From: Candidatus Latescibacterota bacterium
GTDB lineage: Bacteria; Latescibacterota; UBA2968; UBA8231
Reading direction: 5' to 3'
NCBI GenBank assembly: GCA_965243025.1
Contig: CBDETY010000003.1
Coordinates: 5,216,001-5,280,000, forward strand
DNA: 64,000 nt
In this document: one piece after another, positions 1-10,029 of the stretch
Position numbering within the stretch: position 1 is the stretch's first letter
How the letters are laid out: each line of letters begins with the position of its first letter
Translations under genes and position numbers: made by a program
Notes under the pieces: model-generated
What the model was told of the DNA's origin: nothing
Databases searched by the model: none
What the model saw: only the letters and a program-made list of their open reading frames with translations

Positions 1-91
1 CGGCGGCGAAATTCCCCCTGGAATTCCCCCCCGAACCCGGGTCCGCGGACCGCGGCCGCCAGGCGCCGCGGTTGCGGCTCGGGAGAATGAG

Positions 92-1675
92 ATGACCGGG
101 GCCGAGAGTGTCGTCGAGACGCTGACCAGAGCCGGAGTCCGCCATCTCTTCGCGCTCTCCGGCAACCAGAATCTGCCGCTCTTCGACGCCTGCATCGGCA
201 GCGGCATCCGGCTGATCCACACCCGCCACGAGGCGGCGGCGGTGCACATGGCCGACGGCTGGGGCCGGCTCTGCGGCGAACCGGGGGTCGCCCTGCTGAC
301 CGCCGGCCCCGGGCACTGCAACGGCATCACCGGGCTGTACGTCGCCCGGGAGGCGGAGTCCCCCCTGGTGCTGATCAGCGGCAGTAGCCCGGTCTCGCAG
401 TCGGGCATGGGGGCTTTCCAGGAGCTCGACCAGGCGGCGGTTGCGGGGCCGGTGACCAAGTGGTCGCACACCGCCACCGGCGCCGAGCCGCTGGCAGAGG
501 TCGTCGCCCGGGCGTTGAAGGTCGCCTCCGGCGGCCGCCCCGGTCCCGTCCACGTCAGCCTTCCCGTCGACCTGCTGCAGGCAAGTGTGCCGGAACCTGC
601 CCCGCAGCCGCAGTTCCCCGGAGCGACAGGTCCGCGGCTGAGCGACGGCGACGCCGGGGACATCCTCGACCGCCTGCAGGCCGCTTCCAGTCCCCTGATC
701 CTGGCGGGGCCCGCCATGTCGCGGGGCCGCGCCTGGAACGCGGTGCGGGAACTCCAGTCCGCCACCGGGGTGCCGGCGCTGCCGTGCGAGAGCCCGCGCG
801 GGGTCGACGATCCCTGGCTGCGCGGCGCCAACAGCTGTCTGGGCAGGGCCGACTTCGTGCTGCTGCTCGGAAAGCAGCTCGACTTCTCCCTCCGCTTCGG
901 GGAGCCCCCCGCTTTTTCCGAGGCGGTGAGCTTCCTGTCCGTCGACGCCGAAGGGGGGGGCGTCAACGGGGACCGGATCGAGTGCTGTTTCCGCGGCGAT
1001 CCGGAGGCGGCGGCTCGAACCCTCGCCACGGCCGCCGCAGGGCGGGAGTGGCGGCAGGGCCCGTGGGGCCGGGAAGTCCAGGCGGCGCGCGCGGTGCCCC
1101 TGGAATGGCTGCCGCACCGCATGAGCAGGGAAACTCCCATGCATCCCCTGGCGGTCTGCGAGGCGCTGCAGCCGTTCCTCGAGGAGAACGCCGTCTTCGT
1201 CAGCGACGGCGGGGAGTTCGGGCAGTGGATGCAGGCCGGGCTCGCCGCGGAGCTGCGCCTGATCAACGGCCCCTCCGGGGCGATCGGCAGCTCCCTGCCG
1301 ATGGGGATGGCCGCCAGGCTCCGCTGCCCGGAGCGGAACGTCTTCGTGTTCCTGGGGGACGGCACCTTCGGGTACCACGCCCTCGAGATCGACACCTGCG
1401 TCCGCTACGGCCTTCCGGTAGTAGCAATCGTCGGCAACGACGCCCGCTGGAACGCCGAGGTGCAGCTGCAGATCCGCCAGTACGGCCCCGACCGCACCAT
1501 CGGCTGCGACCTCCTGCCGACCCGGTACGACCGCGTCGCCGAGGCCCTCGGCGGATACGGCGAACGGGTGGAGGACCCCGGCGAGCTGAGGCCGGCGGTG
1601 GAGCGCGCCCTTGCCAGCGGCCTCCCCTCTGTCCTCGACGTCTCCATCGAGGCGGCCGCGGCGCCGGCTTTCTGA
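92..1675 (+). CDS. Thiamine diphosphate-binding enzyme (acetolactate synthase large subunit-like family)
   Basis: TRHEAAAVHMADG and GPGHCNG N-terminal motifs; ThDP motif GDGTFG...GNDARW. Confidence 0.9.
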   Translation: MTGAESVVETLTRAGVRHLFALSGNQNLPLFDACIGSGIRLIHTRHEAAAVHMADGWGRLCGEPGVALLTAGPGHCNGITGLYVAREAESPLVLISGSSPVSQSGMGAFQELDQAAVAGPVTKWSHTATGAEPLAEVVARALKVASGGRPGPVHVSLPVDLLQASVPEPAPQPQFPGATGPRLSDGDAGDILDRLQAASSPLILAGPAMSRGRAWNAVRELQSATGVPALPCESPRGVDDPWLRGANSCLGRADFVLLLGKQLDFSLRFGEPPAFSEAVSFLSVDAEGGGVNGDRIECCFRGDPEAAARTLATAAAGREWRQGPWGREVQAARAVPLEWLPHRMSRETPMHPLAVCEALQPFLEENAVFVSDGGEFGQWMQAGLAAELRLINGPSGAIGSSLPMGMAARLRCPERNVFVFLGDGTFGYHALEIDTCVRYGLPVVAIVGNDARWNAEVQLQIRQYGPDRTIGCDLLPTRYDRVAEALGGYGERVEDPGELRPAVERALASGLPSVLDVSIEAAAAPAF

Positions 1676-1876
1676 AGGTTTCCGGGACGCGCCGGTGGCC
1701 GGCCGCATCCTGAAGCCCAGGTTGGCAACCCTGCGCCAGGTCCGGTTCTTCCCCGGGCGGCCGGATCTCCGGTTTTCCCCGTGCCCTATCTTCTATGGGC
1801 GAAATCTGGCGAACGCCGGGAAGTCGGCGGGAACCGCGGGGCAGCGCCCCCCGAAACCATCACCTCGGAGAATGAC

Positions 1877-3220
1877 GTGACGACCACACCACCAACTACT
1901 GACAGACCGGCGCGCGCGGCGGGCAACGGCAATGCGGGCGATTTCAAGGTAGCCGACATCGGGCTGGCGGCATGGGGCCGCAAGGAGATCGAGCTGGCAG
2001 AAAAAGAGATGCCCGGCCTGATGGCGCTGCGCGAGGAATACGGCCCGCGGCAGCCGCTCGAGGGGGCTCGCATCGCCGGCTCCCTGCACATGACGATTCA
2101 GACCGCCGTGCTGATTGAAACGCTGCAGGCCCTGGGGGCCCGGGTGCGCTGGGCTTCCTGCAACATCTTCTCCACCCAGGACCACGCCGCCGCCGCGGTC
2201 GCCGAGGCCGGCACCCCGGTGTTCGCCTGGAAGGGGGAGAGCGAAAAGGAGTACTGGTGGTGCACCGACCAGACCCTGAACTGGCCGCAGGAGGGCCCCA
2301 ACCTGATCCTCGACGACGGGGGCGACCTGACCCGGTGGGTCCACGACGAGCGGCCCGAGCTGCTGGCGGGGATCCGGGGAACCTCCGAAGAGACGACGAC
2401 GGGGGTCCACAACCTGCATCGCATGCTCGCCGCCGGGTCGCTGAAGATTCCGGCCATCAACGTCAACGACGGGGTTACCAAGTCGAAGTTCGACAACCTC
2501 TACGGCTGCCGGGAGTCGCTGCTCGACGGCATCAAGAGGGCCACCGACATCATGACCGCCGGCAAGGTCGCCGTCGTCGCCGGGTACGGGGACGTCGGCA
2601 AAGGGTGCGCCCAGTCGATGCGCGGGTTCGGCTCGCGGGTCATCGTCACCGAGGTCGATCCGATCTGCGCGCTGCAGGCGGCGATGGAGGGGATCGAGGT
2701 GATGCCGATGGACCGGGCGGTGGCGGAGGGGGACATCTTCATCACCACGACCGGGTGCCGGGACGTGATCACCATCGATCACATGCAGGGGATGAAGGAC
2801 GGATCCATCGTCTGCAACATCGGCCACTTCGACGTCGAGATTCAGGTCGCCGGGCTCGAAGCTTATCCAGGCATCCGCAAGGAGGAGATCAAGCCGCAGG
2901 TCGACCGCTACACCTTCCCCGACGGCCGCTCGATCATCCTGCTGGCCGAAGGCCGCCTGGTGAACCTCGGCTGCGCCACCGGACATCCGTCGTTCGTGAT
3001 GTCGATGTCGTTCACCAACCAGGTGCTCGCGCAGATCGAGCTGTTCACCGGGGAGCACGAGATCGGCGTCCACCGCCTGCCCAAGAAGCTCGACGAGCAG
3101 GTGGCGCGGCTGCACCTCGGGAAGTTGGGAATCGAGCTCGACCGCCTCGGCGAGGACCAGGCGGAGTACATCGGGGTGTCGGTCGAAGGCCCGTACAAGC
3201 CGGATCACTACAAGTACTAG
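1877..3220 (+). CDS. ahcY: Adenosylhomocysteinase (SAH hydrolase)
   Basis: [47 protein letters not shown]-terminal [10 protein letters not shown]; GTG start at 1877 after GGAG chosen over ORF-track start 1781. Confidence 0.97.
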   Translation: MTTTPPTTDRPARAAGNGNAGDFKVADIGLAAWGRKEIELAEKEMPGLMALREEYGPRQPLEGARIAGSLHMTIQTAVLIETLQALGARVRWASCNIFSTQDHAAAAVAEAGTPVFAWKGESEKEYWWCTDQTLNWPQEGPNLILDDGGDLTRWVHDERPELLAGIRGTSEETTTGVHNLHRMLAAGSLKIPAINVNDGVTKSKFDNLYGCRESLLDGIKRATDIMTAGKVAVVAGYGDVGKGCAQSMRGFGSRVIVTEVDPICALQAAMEGIEVMPMDRAVAEGDIFITTTGCRDVITIDHMQGMKDGSIVCNIGHFDVEIQVAGLEAYPGIRKEEIKPQVDRYTFPDGRSIILLAEGRLVNLGCATGHPSFVMSMSFTNQVLAQIELFTGEHEIGVHRLPKKLDEQVARLHLGKLGIELDRLGEDQAEYIGVSVEGPYKPDHYKY

Positions 3221-3352
3221 GCCCGTCGATACAGCGGCTCTGAATGCCGGACCGTCCGGGCGGCCGCATCCCGGATGGTCTCGACGGAGTCAGGTCAGGG
3301 CCAACCGCCGTTTCCGCGAAGGCGCGGCGTCGAGAGAGAACCGACTCTCATG

Positions 3353-3397
3353 AAAAAAGCCCCCCGGAGATTCACTCCGGGGGGCTTGCTGTTTTTT
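3353..3397. terminator. Bidirectional intrinsic terminator between convergent ahcY and rpoZ-like gene
   Basis: 13-bp perfect stem AAGCCCCCCGGAG / CTCCGGGGGGCTT (3357-3387), A-run on the left, T6 on the right. Confidence 0.85.
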
Positions 3398-3408
3398 GTC
3401 CGGGCCTC

Positions 3409-3636
3409 TTACCCGGCTTGCTCCTCGTCGACTTCCTCTTCGATCCGGGTGACGATGCGCCCGTCGGTGTACTCCCCGAGGGCGGTCGCCGGGGCGTTGT
3501 GCAAGGCTTCACCCGTCTGCATCGCCCGCGAGTTGATGTCGCGGGCACGGCTGAAGATCGCCCTGCAGACTTCGTACTTGTTTTCGACCTCCTGCAGGGC
3601 GGCTGAGACTTCGCCAGAGAAAATCGTTTTTGCCAT
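3409..3636 (-). CDS. rpoZ: Probable RNA polymerase omega subunit
   Basis: 75 aa; ENKYE...RARDIN...P..AL.E...GRI pattern typical of omega; strong AAGGAGG RBS. Confidence 0.7.
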   Translation of the reverse strand: MAKTIFSGEVSAALQEVENKYEVCRAIFSRARDINSRAMQTGEALHNAPATALGEYTDGRIVTRIEEEVDEEQAG

Positions 3637-3762
3637 CGCGGCGCACCTCCTTGTTGACGCTAGAAACTAACCGTTGCTGTGAATTTGACAACCGCTTGCG
3701 GCAGACCGGGTTGAAGCGTCCCGGGGGGATGTGACGGCTTTCGGGACGGGCGCCCTCGAAGG

Positions 3763-4434
3763 TCAGCCGCGAATCCCGGCGATCAGTTCCACCACCCGGC
3801 GCACCTCCGCGGTGAGACGGGGGAAATCCCCGGAGGCCAGGATCTCTTTCGTGATCAGCTTGGAGCCGACGCCGACGCAGGCGACCCCGGCGCCGAACCA
3901 GGCCTCCAGACTCTCCCGCGTGACGTCCACGCCCCCGGTGGGCATGATGCGGGTCCAGGGACAGGGACCGAGCACGGACTTGACGAACTCCGGGCCGCCC
4001 ACCTCGGCCCCGGGGAACACCTTGACGATCTCGACCCCCAGCTCTTCGGCGGCGGCGATCTCGGAGACGCTGCCGCAGCCCGGGGAGTAGGGGATCTTGC
4101 GGCGGTTGCAGAGCCTGCCCACCTCGGCGTTGAGCAGCGGCCCGACGACGAAGTTTGCGCCGCTGGCGATGTAGAGGGCCGCGGTCGGGGCGTCGACGAT
4201 CGAGCCGACCCCGAGGATGACGTCGATCCCGTTGTCGATGACGTGCCGGGCGGCGTCGGCGAAGACGCGGTAGGCCAGGTCGCCGCGGTTGGTGAACTCG
4301 ACGACGCGGGCGCCCCCTTCGGCGCACGCCTCGATGGTCGAGATGACGGTTTTCAGGTCGCCGTGGTAGAAGACCGGAACAACGCCGACATCGAAGATCG
4401 CGTTGAGCACGGCCATGCGGTCGTGTTGCGCCAT
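3763..4434 (-). CDS. KDPG/KHG aldolase family protein (Eda-like)
   Basis: VEFTNRG, GVGSIVD, GANFVVGP, VKVFP, IMPTGGV motifs. Confidence 0.9.
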   Translation of the reverse strand: MAQHDRMAVLNAIFDVGVVPVFYHGDLKTVISTIEACAEGGARVVEFTNRGDLAYRVFADAARHVIDNGIDVILGVGSIVDAPTAALYIASGANFVVGPLLNAEVGRLCNRRKIPYSPGCGSVSEIAAAEELGVEIVKVFPGAEVGGPEFVKSVLGPCPWTRIMPTGGVDVTRESLEAWFGAGVACVGVGSKLITKEILASGDFPRLTAEVRRVVELIAGIRG

Positions 4435-4573
4435 GGTGCGGAAAAGCTCCCGGTAATAGGGTCGGAAAACCTCAGCCCGCCCTGGAGACGGGGCCGGGCC
4501 TCGGCAGCCGGTCGGGCGCCGGGGTCGACACGGACCGGCAGGAGATCCGGCGGCCGCCGGAAGAGACAGGGCA

Positions 4574-4601
4574 AACCTGGTGAACGGAACCTGGTGAACG
4601 G
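4574..4601. repeat. 14-bp direct tandem repeat x2 (AACCTGGTGAACGG)
   Basis: Exact duplication read from the sequence, in the intergenic region upstream of the aldolase. Confidence 0.8.
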
Positions 4602-4606
4602 GACAA

Positions 4607-5377
4607 CTACGGGACGGGAAACGGGGGCGGCGTTTCCGGATAATGGCGGTAGCGGTCCTCGCCGCGCAGCAGGACCGGCTTCCAGTTGCCGCCCAGCGAG
4701 TTGATCTCGGTCTGGCGCGCCTCGGGGGGAATGAAGCGGACCGTAAGGCCGCAGCGCCTGCGGTTCGAGGTGTTGGGATGGCTGGCGTGATACACCTTGC
4801 CGTAGTGGATGGACATCTGGCCGGCTTTCAGCTCGAGATTGACGGCGTTGGTCTTGTCGACGTACTCGTCGGGAATCTCCTGGTTGATGCTGAGCAGGTT
4901 GCCGCCGCGGTCCGACTTGCCGTGCGGGACGATCCCCTCGGTATGCGAGCCGGGAATCACCTGCATGCAGCCGTTCTCGACGTCGCTGTCGTCGATGGCG
5001 ATCCAGGCGGTGTGGGCCTCGTCCGGCTCGAGCCCCCAGTAGGTGACGTCCTGGTGCCAGGCGACGAACTTCTCCCCCTTGGCGTCGGGGTACTTGCAGA
5101 AGAAGTGGGTGCTCAGCAGCAGCAGGTCCTCGCCCATGACCCCCTCCATCCAGTCGAGGACGCGGGGGTCGGCGGCCAGCTTCCAGATGAATTCCTGGTC
5201 GAAGTGCCGGGCTTGCAGTCCGATCTGGGTCGTCTCCTTGCCCTCGCGGGCTTCCAGCTCGTCGAACTGCTCCCGGTAGGCGCCGATTTCATCGGCGCTG
5301 AACAGGTCGATGGGGGAGAGGTACCCGTCCGTTTCGTACTGCTGCCGCGTTGAATCGGTCACGGTTGCGGTCGTCAT
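4607..5377 (-). CDS. Phytanoyl-CoA dioxygenase (PhyH) family Fe(II)/2OG oxygenase
   Basis: WHQDVTYW (HxD), AIDDSDVENGCMQVIPGSH, distal His (YHASHPN) and RR. Confidence 0.92.
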   Translation of the reverse strand: MTTATVTDSTRQQYETDGYLSPIDLFSADEIGAYREQFDELEAREGKETTQIGLQARHFDQEFIWKLAADPRVLDWMEGVMGEDLLLLSTHFFCKYPDAKGEKFVAWHQDVTYWGLEPDEAHTAWIAIDDSDVENGCMQVIPGSHTEGIVPHGKSDRGGNLLSINQEIPDEYVDKTNAVNLELKAGQMSIHYGKVYHASHPNTSNRRRCGLTVRFIPPEARQTEINSLGGNWKPVLLRGEDRYRHYPETPPPFPVP

Positions 5378-5609
5378 CTCGATTGCTCCTGAATTCGTCG
5401 GTGCGCTTTCTTCGGGAGTTCCGAAAGCTATGGAAAGGGCACCGGCCCCTCAACCGATTCCAGCCTTCCCGCGGCCGTCCCGGTAATTGGACAGGCACCG
5501 GAACGCCGCTACCTTCACCGCCTCTTTCAGCCCGCTGATAAAAGTTGCCCCGCAGGGCCGGTTGCCCGGATGGACTCCCACCGGGTTGCCCGAGAAGAAC
5601 GGAGGCCGC

Positions 5610-6854
5610 ATGAAACCGATTCAGGTGAACGAGGAGCTGCTGGCGGACAGCGGCTTCTTCGCCGACGCAGAACAGGTCGCCGAGCTGTCCAGGATCTTCA
5701 AGTTCGACAGCCGCCGCGTGATCCTGGGAGAGGGGGCGGTCTACCTCCTCGCCCGGGAATGCCGGCGCTTGCAGGCGAGCCGCCTGCTGCTGCTCCGGGA
5801 CGGCGCCGTGGAGCATCTGGAGGAACCGGTCCGCTGGATACTCGACCGGGAGGGGATCGAGCTCGCCGGCGTGTTCGACCGGGTTGTTCCGAATCCTACG
5901 GTGGCCAGCGTCGACGACTTCGCCGAAACCCTGCGCAACACCGATTGCGACGCCGTCGCGGCGCTGGGGGGCGGCAGCTCGCTCGACACCGCCAAGGTCG
6001 GCTCCTGCACCGCCACCTCGGGCGGCTCCTGCGCCGACTACTTCGGCTTCGACCTGTTCCCCGAGCCGTCGCGCTGGCCCCTGATCGCCATGCCGACCAC
6101 GGCCGGCACCGGGGCCGAGGCCAGCCGCGTCTCCGTCATCGTCGCCGAGGAAGGGAAGCAGGCGGTGTACAGCGACCACATCCAGCCCGCGGTCGCCATC
6201 GTCGATCCGCACTTCACCCGCGACCTGCCGCCGGTCCTCACCGCCATCACCGCCCTCGACGCAATCGGCCACGCCCTCGAGTGCACGGCGTCGCTGAAGA
6301 GCAACCCGGTCGGCGACGCGGTGGCCCGCGAGGCGATGAAGGCAGGGCTGCCGAACTTCACCGCCGCGGTCGAGAAGGGAAGCGCCGACCCCGGGGTCCG
6401 CTACCAGATGTCGCGCTGCAGCCTGCTCGCCGGCCTGCTGCTCAGCCCGATCAACACCGGGGCGGCCCACGCCCTCGGGTACGGCATCGAGAAGGTGTCC
6501 CACGCCAGGGGGAAACCGGTGCCGCACGGCACCGCTGTCGCCCTGGTTCTGCCCGCGGTGATGCGCCACAACGCCCCCGCGGCCGGGGACAAGTACTACT
6601 ACGCCGCCGGGGTGGCCGGGATCGACCTGTCGGCAAAAAGCAGGGAGGAGGCGGTCGACGCGGTGGCCGGCTGGATCGACGGGCTGCGGCGCAGGTACAC
6701 CCCCTACGGATCGCTGGCCGCGGCCGGGCTGGGAGAAGAGGACCTGCCGCGGATGGTAGAGGTCGGCATGGCGGTGCGCCGCCTGCTCGACCCCAATCCG
6801 GTCGAGGTGACCGAGAAAGACGCCGAGGCGATCTACCGGACCGTCCTGGAGTAG
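5610..6854 (+). CDS. Iron-containing alcohol dehydrogenase family protein
   Basis: ALGGGSSLDTAK, PTTAGTGAE, DAIGHALE, HALG...PHG; ATG at 5610 after GGAGG. Confidence 0.9.
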   Translation: MKPIQVNEELLADSGFFADAEQVAELSRIFKFDSRRVILGEGAVYLLARECRRLQASRLLLLRDGAVEHLEEPVRWILDREGIELAGVFDRVVPNPTVASVDDFAETLRNTDCDAVAALGGGSSLDTAKVGSCTATSGGSCADYFGFDLFPEPSRWPLIAMPTTAGTGAEASRVSVIVAEEGKQAVYSDHIQPAVAIVDPHFTRDLPPVLTAITALDAIGHALECTASLKSNPVGDAVAREAMKAGLPNFTAAVEKGSADPGVRYQMSRCSLLAGLLLSPINTGAAHALGYGIEKVSHARGKPVPHGTAVALVLPAVMRHNAPAAGDKYYYAAGVAGIDLSAKSREEAVDAVAGWIDGLRRRYTPYGSLAAAGLGEEDLPRMVEVGMAVRRLLDPNPVEVTEKDAEAIYRTVLE

Positions 6855-7142
6855 TGCCCCACGGGATTCCCCCCGGGGTCGCTGCCTGTCCGCGGCATGA
6901 ACCGGGCGGATCCGGTCAGTTTTGCGGGCCTCGGCCCCGCAGCGAGCGATTCCGTGGCCCGTGCCATCCCCCGGCCCGGAAGCGACCCGAATCCGGGGCA
7001 GTGGCCGCGATGGTGGACCGATTCCTGGCCGACCCCAGGTCCGGAACCTCGCAAATCCCCGCTGGGCGCAGGTGGCTGCCGAACCTCGAAAAAGCAACCT
7101 CCGGCCTGGCACTGAGCCAATCCCCCGTTGGGGTGATCGGGC

Positions 7143-8297
7143 TTACCAGTTTGTATAGGACCCGTCGCGCCGGTACAGGTGCGGCGCCTCCCAGAATTTC
7201 CACTCCTGCCCGGCGGCGAGCTCCTCGTTGAACTCCACGCCGAGCCCCGGTTCCTCCGGCAGCGCGAAGCCGGTGCCCTCGAGGCGGTGCTGCCTGGGGA
7301 ACAGGTCTTCCTCGAAAACGAACTCCCGCTCCCGCACTTCCAGCCAGGCGAAGTTCGGCACCGCCGCCCCGAAGTGGATGTGGGCGGCGGTGCTGACCGG
7401 CCCCAGGGGGTTGTGCGGCATCATGTCGATGTAGTGGGCTTCGCACCAGCCGGCGACCTTCATCGCCTCGGTCAGGCCGCCGACGTTGCAGACGTCGACG
7501 CGGGCGAAGTTCGTCAGCCCGCGCTCGACGTAGGGCAGGAACGCCCACTTGCTCGAGAACTCCTCGCCGATGGCGAACGGCACCGGGGTCATTCCCCGCA
7601 GGGCGGCGTAGGCTTCCGGGGACTCGTCGCGGATCGGCTCTTCGAGGAAATCGAGGGTTCCCGGCGGAATCATCTGGCAGAACGAGGCGGCCTCGGCGAC
7701 GCTGAGGCGGTGGTGGTAGTCGATGCCCAGCACCGGTCCCTTCCCGACCTCCTCGCGGACCGCGGTGATCCACTCGGCCGACAGGGCGATCGAGTGCCGC
7801 GGCTCGTACAGCAGCTCGTCCCCCGGGTCGGAGCTGTTTCCCCCGGCCGGGCCGAAGCGGATCACGTCCCAGCCCTCGGCGATCAGCTCGCGGGCCCCCT
7901 CGACCGCCTGCGGGCCGTCGAGGCCGAAGCTGGTCGGGAACCCGGGGATGCGGTCGCGGTGAGCTCCCCCGAGCAGCTGGTACACCGGGATCCCGAGGCT
8001 GCGGGCGACGACGTCGTGCAGGGCGATGTCGATGGCGGAGATCGCCCCGGTCAGGATGCGGCCCCCCTCGAAGTACTGGCCGCGGTAGAGCTCCTGCCAG
8101 AGGGCGCCGATACGCCTCGGGTCGCGCCCGAGCAGGAACTCGCGGAAATGGCGCAGGGCGCCGGCCACGGCCAGCTCGCGGCCGCTGACGCCGGACTCCC
8201 CCAGGCCGAACAGCCCGGTGTCGGTCTCGATGCTGACGATCATCTGGTTGCGGTTGCCGGCCCAGACCGGAAACCACCTGACCTCGGCGATTTTCAT
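7143..8297 (-). CDS. Mandelate racemase/galactonate dehydratase-like enolase-superfamily enzyme
   Basis: AISAIDIALHD, IPVYQLLGG, IDYHHR, FLEEP, IGEE, PHNPLGP. Confidence 0.9.
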   Translation of the reverse strand: MKIAEVRWFPVWAGNRNQMIVSIETDTGLFGLGESGVSGRELAVAGALRHFREFLLGRDPRRIGALWQELYRGQYFEGGRILTGAISAIDIALHDVVARSLGIPVYQLLGGAHRDRIPGFPTSFGLDGPQAVEGARELIAEGWDVIRFGPAGGNSSDPGDELLYEPRHSIALSAEWITAVREEVGKGPVLGIDYHHRLSVAEAASFCQMIPPGTLDFLEEPIRDESPEAYAALRGMTPVPFAIGEEFSSKWAFLPYVERGLTNFARVDVCNVGGLTEAMKVAGWCEAHYIDMMPHNPLGPVSTAAHIHFGAAVPNFAWLEVREREFVFEEDLFPRQHRLEGTGFALPEEPGLGVEFNEELAAGQEWKFWEAPHLYRRDGSYTNW

Positions 8298-8947
8298 TCG
8301 GTGCCTCCCACCCAGTTGACGGCGTTGTCGATCAGGCGCAGGAAATCGAGCTCCCAGAAGTCCTTCTGGTGCCCCAGCGAAGTGTAGAAGATGCGGCCGC
8401 CGCGGTGCCTTCTCGTCCAGGCGACCGGCTCGAAATGCTCAGAGGTGCGGCCGGTGAGAAGCAGCTCGGCGTCGTCGGCGATCGGCGTGTTCCGGTACAG
8501 GCTACCCCGGGACTCGAACGGCTCGACCCCCTTCAGGACCGGGTGGCCGGCCGCATGGTCCGCGATCTCGATGCGGGCGGTTACCCCGCTGCCGTAGTGG
8601 CCGTCGTAGCTGCCGCCGAGCACTTCGCGGTCGAACGCCAGCCAGTTCTGGCAGGCGTGGCTGGCGGTGCGCACTCCCACGATCGGTTTGCCCGCCGCAC
8701 AGTACTGCCTGAAACGCTCGAGCTCCGGGCCGGTGGTGTTCAGACGGCGGGTGAACACCAGCAGGACGTCGGTATCCTCCTCGAGAAGCTGCAGCGAAGG
8801 GTCGTCGTCCTCGCTGCGGTAGGCGATCAGGGTCGAGTCGATCCCCGGGGAGTGGTGCCGCAGGTAGTCGCGCAGCACGGTCAGCGAATCCTCCGAGTCG
8901 TACTCGAAGGAACCGGACAGCATGGTCAAACGCAGGGGCTCGTTCAT
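8294..8947 (-). CDS. ThuA-like (class I glutamine amidotransferase-like) domain protein
   Basis: GKPIVGVRTASHA, EPVAWTR, GGRIFYTSLGH; overlaps the next gene by 4 nt. Confidence 0.8.
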   Translation of the reverse strand: MNEPLRLTMLSGSFEYDSEDSLTVLRDYLRHHSPGIDSTLIAYRSEDDDPSLQLLEEDTDVLLVFTRRLNTTGPELERFRQYCAAGKPIVGVRTASHACQNWLAFDREVLGGSYDGHYGSGVTARIEIADHAAGHPVLKGVEPFESRGSLYRNTPIADDAELLLTGRTSEHFEPVAWTRRHRGGRIFYTSLGHQKDFWELDFLRLIDNAVNWVGGTE

Positions 8948-8951
8948 CCGT

Positions 8952-9914
8952 TCACCGGGTTTCAACCGGAACAGAGGTGTGTTCCGTCAGCGGCGTTGCC
9001 CTGATCGGGTGGGAACCGAGGGGCACCTTGTCGAGGATTTCGCTCCAGCGCCGGCACCAGTCTCCGTAGTCGGTGTACTTCGATTCGGGCCGCGAGCGGC
9101 TGCGGGTGACGAAGTGGGGGTAGAGCTCGCGCCCGGTCGGGGTTCCGGTTTTCTGGTAGCGCAGGTCCATGCTCCAGCGGATGCCGTCGGTGAGGTTCGG
9201 GGTCGAGCGGTGGGGGATCAGCTTGTGCAGGAGAAGGACGCTGCCCCTGCGCATCGGCAGGGTGACGGCCTCGCGGTTTTCGAGGTCCTCGTCGTCGATC
9301 CCCCAACCCGGACGCTTCCACCACAGCACCGTCCTTTCCCTGTGGACTCCCGGAACGATCTGCAGGCAGCCGTTCTCCGGGGTGGCGTCGACCAGGGGAA
9401 TCCAGACGGTGAGGATGAAGGTCGAGTCGGCGATTTCCTGGTGCACCTGGGCGTCCTGGTGCCACGGGGCGACGTTGCTGCTCACCATGTTCCTGCGCTT
9501 CTCCGCTTCGGGGTCGCCGTCGTCCGTGTCCGGCACGAAGGACTGCGGCAGCTTGGCGCGGGTATGCTGGATGGGGCTGCAGATGATTTCCGGCCCGACT
9601 ATCGGTTCGACGGCGTCCATCAGGCGCTCGTTGCCGAGGAACTCGAACACCCCGCGGCCGCGAAAAGCCGGGATGTCGATGTCGTCGTAGATCTCGGTAT
9701 TCTCCTCGCAGATGCGCGCCAGGCGGCGTTCGAACGGCTCTTCCTCCCAGGTCCTCGACAGCTTGCCGGCGGCGTGCAGCTCGCGGGCGCGGCGGTCGAT
9801 GTGGCCGGCGTAGTCGCCGATCACCGGGTCGAGGTCGCCGTCGGTGAGGACGTCCTCTGCGATCGCGTACCCGTGCTCGTCGAAATGGGCCAGTTGCCCG
9901 TCGCTCAGTTTCAT
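8952..9914 (-). CDS. PhyH family dioxygenase
   Basis: FDEHGY, PWHQD, WIPLVDATPENGCLQIVPG, PHRSTPN...RWSMDLRYQ; start set at ATG 9914. Confidence 0.9.
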   Translation of the reverse strand: MKLSDGQLAHFDEHGYAIAEDVLTDGDLDPVIGDYAGHIDRRARELHAAGKLSRTWEEEPFERRLARICEENTEIYDDIDIPAFRGRGVFEFLGNERLMDAVEPIVGPEIICSPIQHTRAKLPQSFVPDTDDGDPEAEKRRNMVSSNVAPWHQDAQVHQEIADSTFILTVWIPLVDATPENGCLQIVPGVHRERTVLWWKRPGWGIDDEDLENREAVTLPMRRGSVLLLHKLIPHRSTPNLTDGIRWSMDLRYQKTGTPTGRELYPHFVTRSRSRPESKYTDYGDWCRRWSEILDKVPLGSHPIRATPLTEHTSVPVETR

Positions 9915-10029
9915 CTTTACTCCTCGGTTTCCGTGCCGAAGCGAAACAGGAAAATAACAGGTTCCGGCAACCGGTGCGGGGCGTCCGCCCGGGTCCGGCA
10001 ACGCCCTCCAGGCAGGAATAACCGAAGGA

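Noticed and set aside
1676-1876. SAH riboswitch upstream of ahcY
   Set aside because: I could not find the conserved GAGGAGCG...AGGCUC...CGCUC elements by eye; an Infernal scan would be needed to exclude it fully.
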